64,000 nucleotides of DNA from an uncultured Chromatiales bacterium. Lineage in GTDB: Bacteria; Bacteroidota; Ignavibacteria; SZUA-365; CAYQST01. The DNA is taken from positions 104,759 to 168,758 of the forward strand of contig CAYQST010000003.1 in assembly GCA_964420295.1 (NCBI GenBank). The letters run 5' to 3'. The notes below the pieces were generated by a model. The model was given only the letters and a program-made list of their open reading frames with translations. It had not been told where the DNA came from and searched no databases. The position numbers were made by a program, and so were the translations under genes. Below, piece after piece: positions 60,646-64,000 of the stretch (position 1 is its first letter; each line of letters starts with the position of its first letter).

Positions 60646-61497
60646 ATGAGATCCCTTCACTTTCGAAGCGGATCCTCCAAAACCATAGGAAATTTTTTCA
60701 TCACATTCTCTCGTTCAGTCAACTTCATGCAGGAATTTCACGACGGTTCAGATTCTCGATTGCAGGAGGCAGTGAGGGATAGGAAATTGCACGTGGTCAT
60801 CAGAACACGATTCATTTCCACTTCCACCTGCCCATCATCCACAGATTCCAGCAATCGCGAACCATCCGACAGGCCTGCCATGACACCGACCACCCCCTAC
60901 TACGAGTTCGCCCTTACGCCCCCTGGGCCCACGCCTTCGGCGGATTTGTCTACCTTTTCCGCCGCCTCGAGACCGGAGGGTATCCGTTTGACATGGATTG
61001 TTGCAGTGGACGAAGAAACCCAGGGCTTTGCCATTGAACGGCGGTCGGACCTTTCCAGCGCCTGGGAACTGATCAGTTTTGTGGAACGAGAAGGGGAGCC
61101 ACAGACTCCGCATTCCTATACCTTTCTCGATTCCCAGGCAAAACGAGGGGATTTCCATTACCGTCTGCGTCAGATCGATCAGGAGGGAACGAAGGCCATT
61201 TCCACCGTCGTGCATGTCTCGGCAGGTCGGGGTCCGGCGCGATTCGCCCTTGGCAACAATTACCCCAATCCCTGCACGAGTTCGACAGCTTTGGCCTATG
61301 TCGTCCGCGAAGAAGCCCCCATCACCATCGTGGTCACCGATTCGATGGGACGAGATGTGATGACTCCCGTGGACAGCACCGTGGAACCAGGCACCTACAC
61401 CCTCCATCTCGATCTGCATCAGATGCCTGCCGGGCTCTACTTCGTTCGTATGAAATCTCCTGATTTCGAGGACAGTCAATTGATCTTCAAGCGATGA
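60646..61497 (+). CDS. Fn3-like + T9SS C-terminal sorting domain protein lacking a signal peptide (possible truncated gene)
   Basis: 283 aa. Pre-CTD module (IRLTWIVAVDEETQGFAIERR..YRLRQIDQEGT) and type-A CTD (GNNYPNPCTSS..LIFKR). No N-terminal signal peptide. The in-frame stop lies only 15 nt upstream of the ATG. Confidence 0.45.
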   Translation: MRSLHFRSGSSKTIGNFFITFSRSVNFMQEFHDGSDSRLQEAVRDRKLHVVIRTRFISTSTCPSSTDSSNREPSDRPAMTPTTPYYEFALTPPGPTPSADLSTFSAASRPEGIRLTWIVAVDEETQGFAIERRSDLSSAWELISFVEREGEPQTPHSYTFLDSQAKRGDFHYRLRQIDQEGTKAISTVVHVSAGRGPARFALGNNYPNPCTSSTALAYVVREEAPITIVVTDSMGRDVMTPVDSTVEPGTYTLHLDLHQMPAGLYFVRMKSPDFEDSQLIFKR

Positions 61498-61558
61498 CCC
61501 TCATTCCATAGCCGGGAACTGTCGCGCTTCAGCGCCAGTGCCTCCCCGAGGTCTTCAT

Positions 61559-61590
61559 GCCGTTTCGTCCACGAGACGGCATTTTTTTTT
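61559..61590 (+). terminator. Rho-independent terminator
   Basis: gccgtt...gacggc hairpin followed by a T9 tract. Confidence 0.6.
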
Positions 61591-61891
61591 GATGAATGGA
61601 ACGCGGATCAGGAGCCGGTTGTTTCCACAACGTACACATCACGCACATTTCGAAACCCCTCCGAGGGGGTCCCATCGCAGCCGCCCTGCGATCGAGTGTC
61701 GTCGTTCCGTTGACCTTCGCTCCGTATCGGTGATTCCACACCGCCGGTGTTGCGTCGTTCCAGTATCTCGCGCCCCTGGGGCAGAGATTCGTCGAGCAGA
61801 CGCGTGCTACGAGGTGGGGACGCATCGAAAACATCGACACACGCTCACGATCCCTCCGACCCATCACCTTTTTCAGAAAGGAGTCCTGCAT

Positions 61892-64000
61892 ATGCCTTGG
61901 TACAAGAAAGGTATTGCCGTTCTGTGCGGTTTACTCTTTCTCTCGGCCTCCGCGCTTGCTCAGAATGCCCTCCCGGTTCCCAAATTCACGCCGCCCGATG
62001 TGGCGCAATTTGGGTTGGAAGCATTTTACGCGGATCTGGCCCTGGTGGAAACCTCGTGTTCCACCGTTGAAGAGATGCACGCCATGTGGAGAGAGCTCAC
62101 CGAACGGGGAGCCCTCATATCGATTATCGCCTCACCGCGAAAAATGCTTGCCTGGGTCCCGCAGAATGCGCTCGCCCAGGTACGCGCCGCCACCCTTCCA
62201 TCCGCCCGGGGCACGGTGGGAGTCCTGAGTGTCTCCTACACGCCCGAGCAGGTGCGTTCTCTTCGGAAAACCGTCCGACTCGATGACGAGGCGATGGCCG
62301 AAGCGGAAGACGCCATCGAGGCCTTCCTGATTCATGCGAAAACGCCACGCACCGAGGAAGAGCTGGCACGGATTCGCGAGCAGGAACAGAAGATCGCGCT
62401 TCTGGAGGAGACCATGCCTCATCGCGAATGCGTCACGACCTACGTCCTGCCCACGTCCCATTCCTCCTTCCTGACGGGACGGGAGGAGCGCGTGTCCCTG
62501 CTCGGTGGACCTGGCGCCCAGACCCTCCGCGCGACGCGGATGTCGGGAATCATCGTCAACAGCAGTTTCTTCATGGAGAGCGCCACTGGAACCGGCTCCT
62601 GGAACTGGGCCGATTCGGTGTACAACAATTACCGCATCCTGTATGCGGGAGCCATGAATTTTTGGACGGCCCTCGCCTCCAAATACGGTGTGACGGCCAC
62701 TTCCCTCTGGCTCCTGTACTCTCCGAGCAATTCGAATTCCCGCGTCACGGGAGAACCGGTGACGGTTGGGGAAGACACCTTCATTCCGCAGATCGTCAAT
62801 CGCTTCACCTCCACCGCCTCGCCCGATTGGTCGGGAGTGGGCGCAGGCGCCAAGCGCTCCTGGGTCCTCAACAATGAACGCCGCTCCCTGTTTCTGGCGC
62901 AGGAGTCCATTCTCGGGTTCATCGCCTTCAAACCCTCGGGCGACGAAGGGATCTGGCCCCATGCCGTGCCCCTGACCTGGAACAACGGGGACATCGAGGG
63001 AACCTATTTCACGATGGACACTCAGTACTGGCAGGCGGAATTGACACCCGCCAATGCGCCGCTGCGGAATGTGATCGCGCACGAGATCGGGCACCTGTTT
63101 GGCGCCCCCGATGAGTACGCGGCCGATGCGGGCTGTTTCAACTGGACCTATCGTGGCATCGGCAACATCAACTGTCAACAGCCTCAACCCGCGATCGACC
63201 GTCCCGGTCGCACGATGCGAGGCTTCGATGGAATGATGAAGGGAAATTACATTTCGGGGAACAGTGTCGCCACGCCCATTCACATCGGATTGCGCACCGC
63301 GCCCAGTCCCCTCAGCCTGGTACGGACACGCTGTTTCTCCACGGTACCCGCGGGAATCACCATGTTTGTCTCCAATTGTGACGGTGGGGAGCGATCCTAT
63401 AGCTCGACCATCTGTCTGCCCGTGGATTTCGACTATTGTCTGAATGTGCGCGTGCCCGCCACCGCCTTCATCGCGAGCGAGGGAAAGACGGGATACTTCG
63501 ATCATTGGGAAATCAAGCGGGCCGATGGCACCACCACCACGAATTCCTATACCGGACTCGAACTCAAGAGCAATGAGTACGGTTCGACCCGGGCAAATCC
63601 TGTGGTGGACATCATCGCACATTTCACGACCACGCCTCCCGATATCTTTACCGCGAACTCCACCCTGACGGCCTGGTTGGCTCCCTCCGACGGGAGTGCC
63701 AATCCGGGCAAGGGCATCGCCCTCAAATGGCGCAACAAGTACGACATGACCAAGGCCGAGACCCGCGTGGAATATGAGAGGAGTCCCGGTGTCTGGACCG
63801 AACTATCGGGATCGAACTACCGATTCGCCGCCAATGCCGTCCCGGTGAATAACTGGACAGGTGTGCTGATCGTCAACGTCCCGAACGGCAGCGGAGGCAC
63901 CACCCCGCTCGCGGCCAACACGCTGTACCGTTTCCGCATCGTGGGCTACTTCGCCACGACGCGGGGCACGGTTTCCAACACGGCGGAGATTCGACTGCGC
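61892..64000 (+). CDS. Secreted zinc metalloprotease-like protein (HExxH), 5' partial; continues past the window end
   Basis: Translated by hand from the ATG at 61892, preceded by an AAAGGAG SD. Signal peptide MPWYKKGIAVLCGLLFLSASALAQ. HEIGHLFGAPDEY zinc-binding motif. No stop through 64000, so it is absent from the ORF track. GC3 is high, unlike the antisense ORF 62132..63622. Confidence 0.65.
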   Translation, partial: MPWYKKGIAVLCGLLFLSASALAQNALPVPKFTPPDVAQFGLEAFYADLALVETSCSTVEEMHAMWRELTERGALISIIASPRKMLAWVPQNALAQVRAATLPSARGTVGVLSVSYTPEQVRSLRKTVRLDDEAMAEAEDAIEAFLIHAKTPRTEEELARIREQEQKIALLEETMPHRECVTTYVLPTSHSSFLTGREERVSLLGGPGAQTLRATRMSGIIVNSSFFMESATGTGSWNWADSVYNNYRILYAGAMNFWTALASKYGVTATSLWLLYSPSNSNSRVTGEPVTVGEDTFIPQIVNRFTSTASPDWSGVGAGAKRSWVLNNERRSLFLAQESILGFIAFKPSGDEGIWPHAVPLTWNNGDIEGTYFTMDTQYWQAELTPANAPLRNVIAHEIGHLFGAPDEYAADAGCFNWTYRGIGNINCQQPQPAIDRPGRTMRGFDGMMKGNYISGNSVATPIHIGLRTAPSPLSLVRTRCFSTVPAGITMFVSNCDGGERSYSSTICLPVDFDYCLNVRVPATAFIASEGKTGYFDHWEIKRADGTTTTNSYTGLELKSNEYGSTRANPVVDIIAHFTTTPPDIFTANSTLTAWLAPSDGSANPGKGIALKWRNKYDMTKAETRVEYERSPGVWTELSGSNYRFAANAVPVNNWTGVLIVNVPNGSGGTTPLAANTLYRFRIVGYFATTRGTVSNTAEIRLR

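Noticed and set aside
62132-63622. 496-aa minus-strand ORF
   Set aside because: It is antisense to the signal-peptide-bearing HExxH metalloprotease frame. That frame has high GC3, an SD and recognisable motifs; the antisense ORF has none.

Overview
This is a ~62% GC bacterial chromosomal segment that is densely coding on both strands. Five secreted proteins end in type-A T9SS C-terminal sorting domains. Together with a TonB-dependent receptor carrying a CarbopepD-like N-domain and many lipoproteins, that points to an FCB-group organism, possibly Rhodothermota-like (inference only). Most of the window is housekeeping. Named genes are glgP, kdtA, mazG, ftsX, udk, ssb, cobB, pyk, mnmE, tag, proS and clpC, plus a peroxiredoxin, a dodecin, an acyl-CoA carboxyltransferase and a MltD-like lytic transglycosylase. 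There are also two tRNAs, Leu-CAG and Val-CAC. One envelope glycosylation operon reads GT2 polyprenol-P-sugar synthase, GT9, GT4, then a PMT/GT39-like transferase, and sits divergent from kdtA. Three vWA proteins are present, two of them tandem VIT-vWA-T9SS paralogs. The stand-out is a ~3.9 kb low-GC island of about 47-55% GC directly 3' of tRNA-Val. It is bounded by two rho-independent terminators and preceded by a 37-bp perfect 17-3-17 palindrome. It encodes four N-terminally membrane-anchored, Asn/Ser/Thr-rich proteins of 166, 199, 401 and 401 aa; the last two are tandem paralogs. They look like a GspI/J/K or PilV/W/X-type minor pseudopilin set but lack the canonical prepilin motif and Glu5, and no assembly machinery or major pilin is in the window. 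Other notable items are a 20-bp x5.25 tandem repeat upstream of a vWA gene and a ~440-bp structured non-coding gap. A partial secreted HExxH metalloprotease runs off the window end and is absent from the ORF track.
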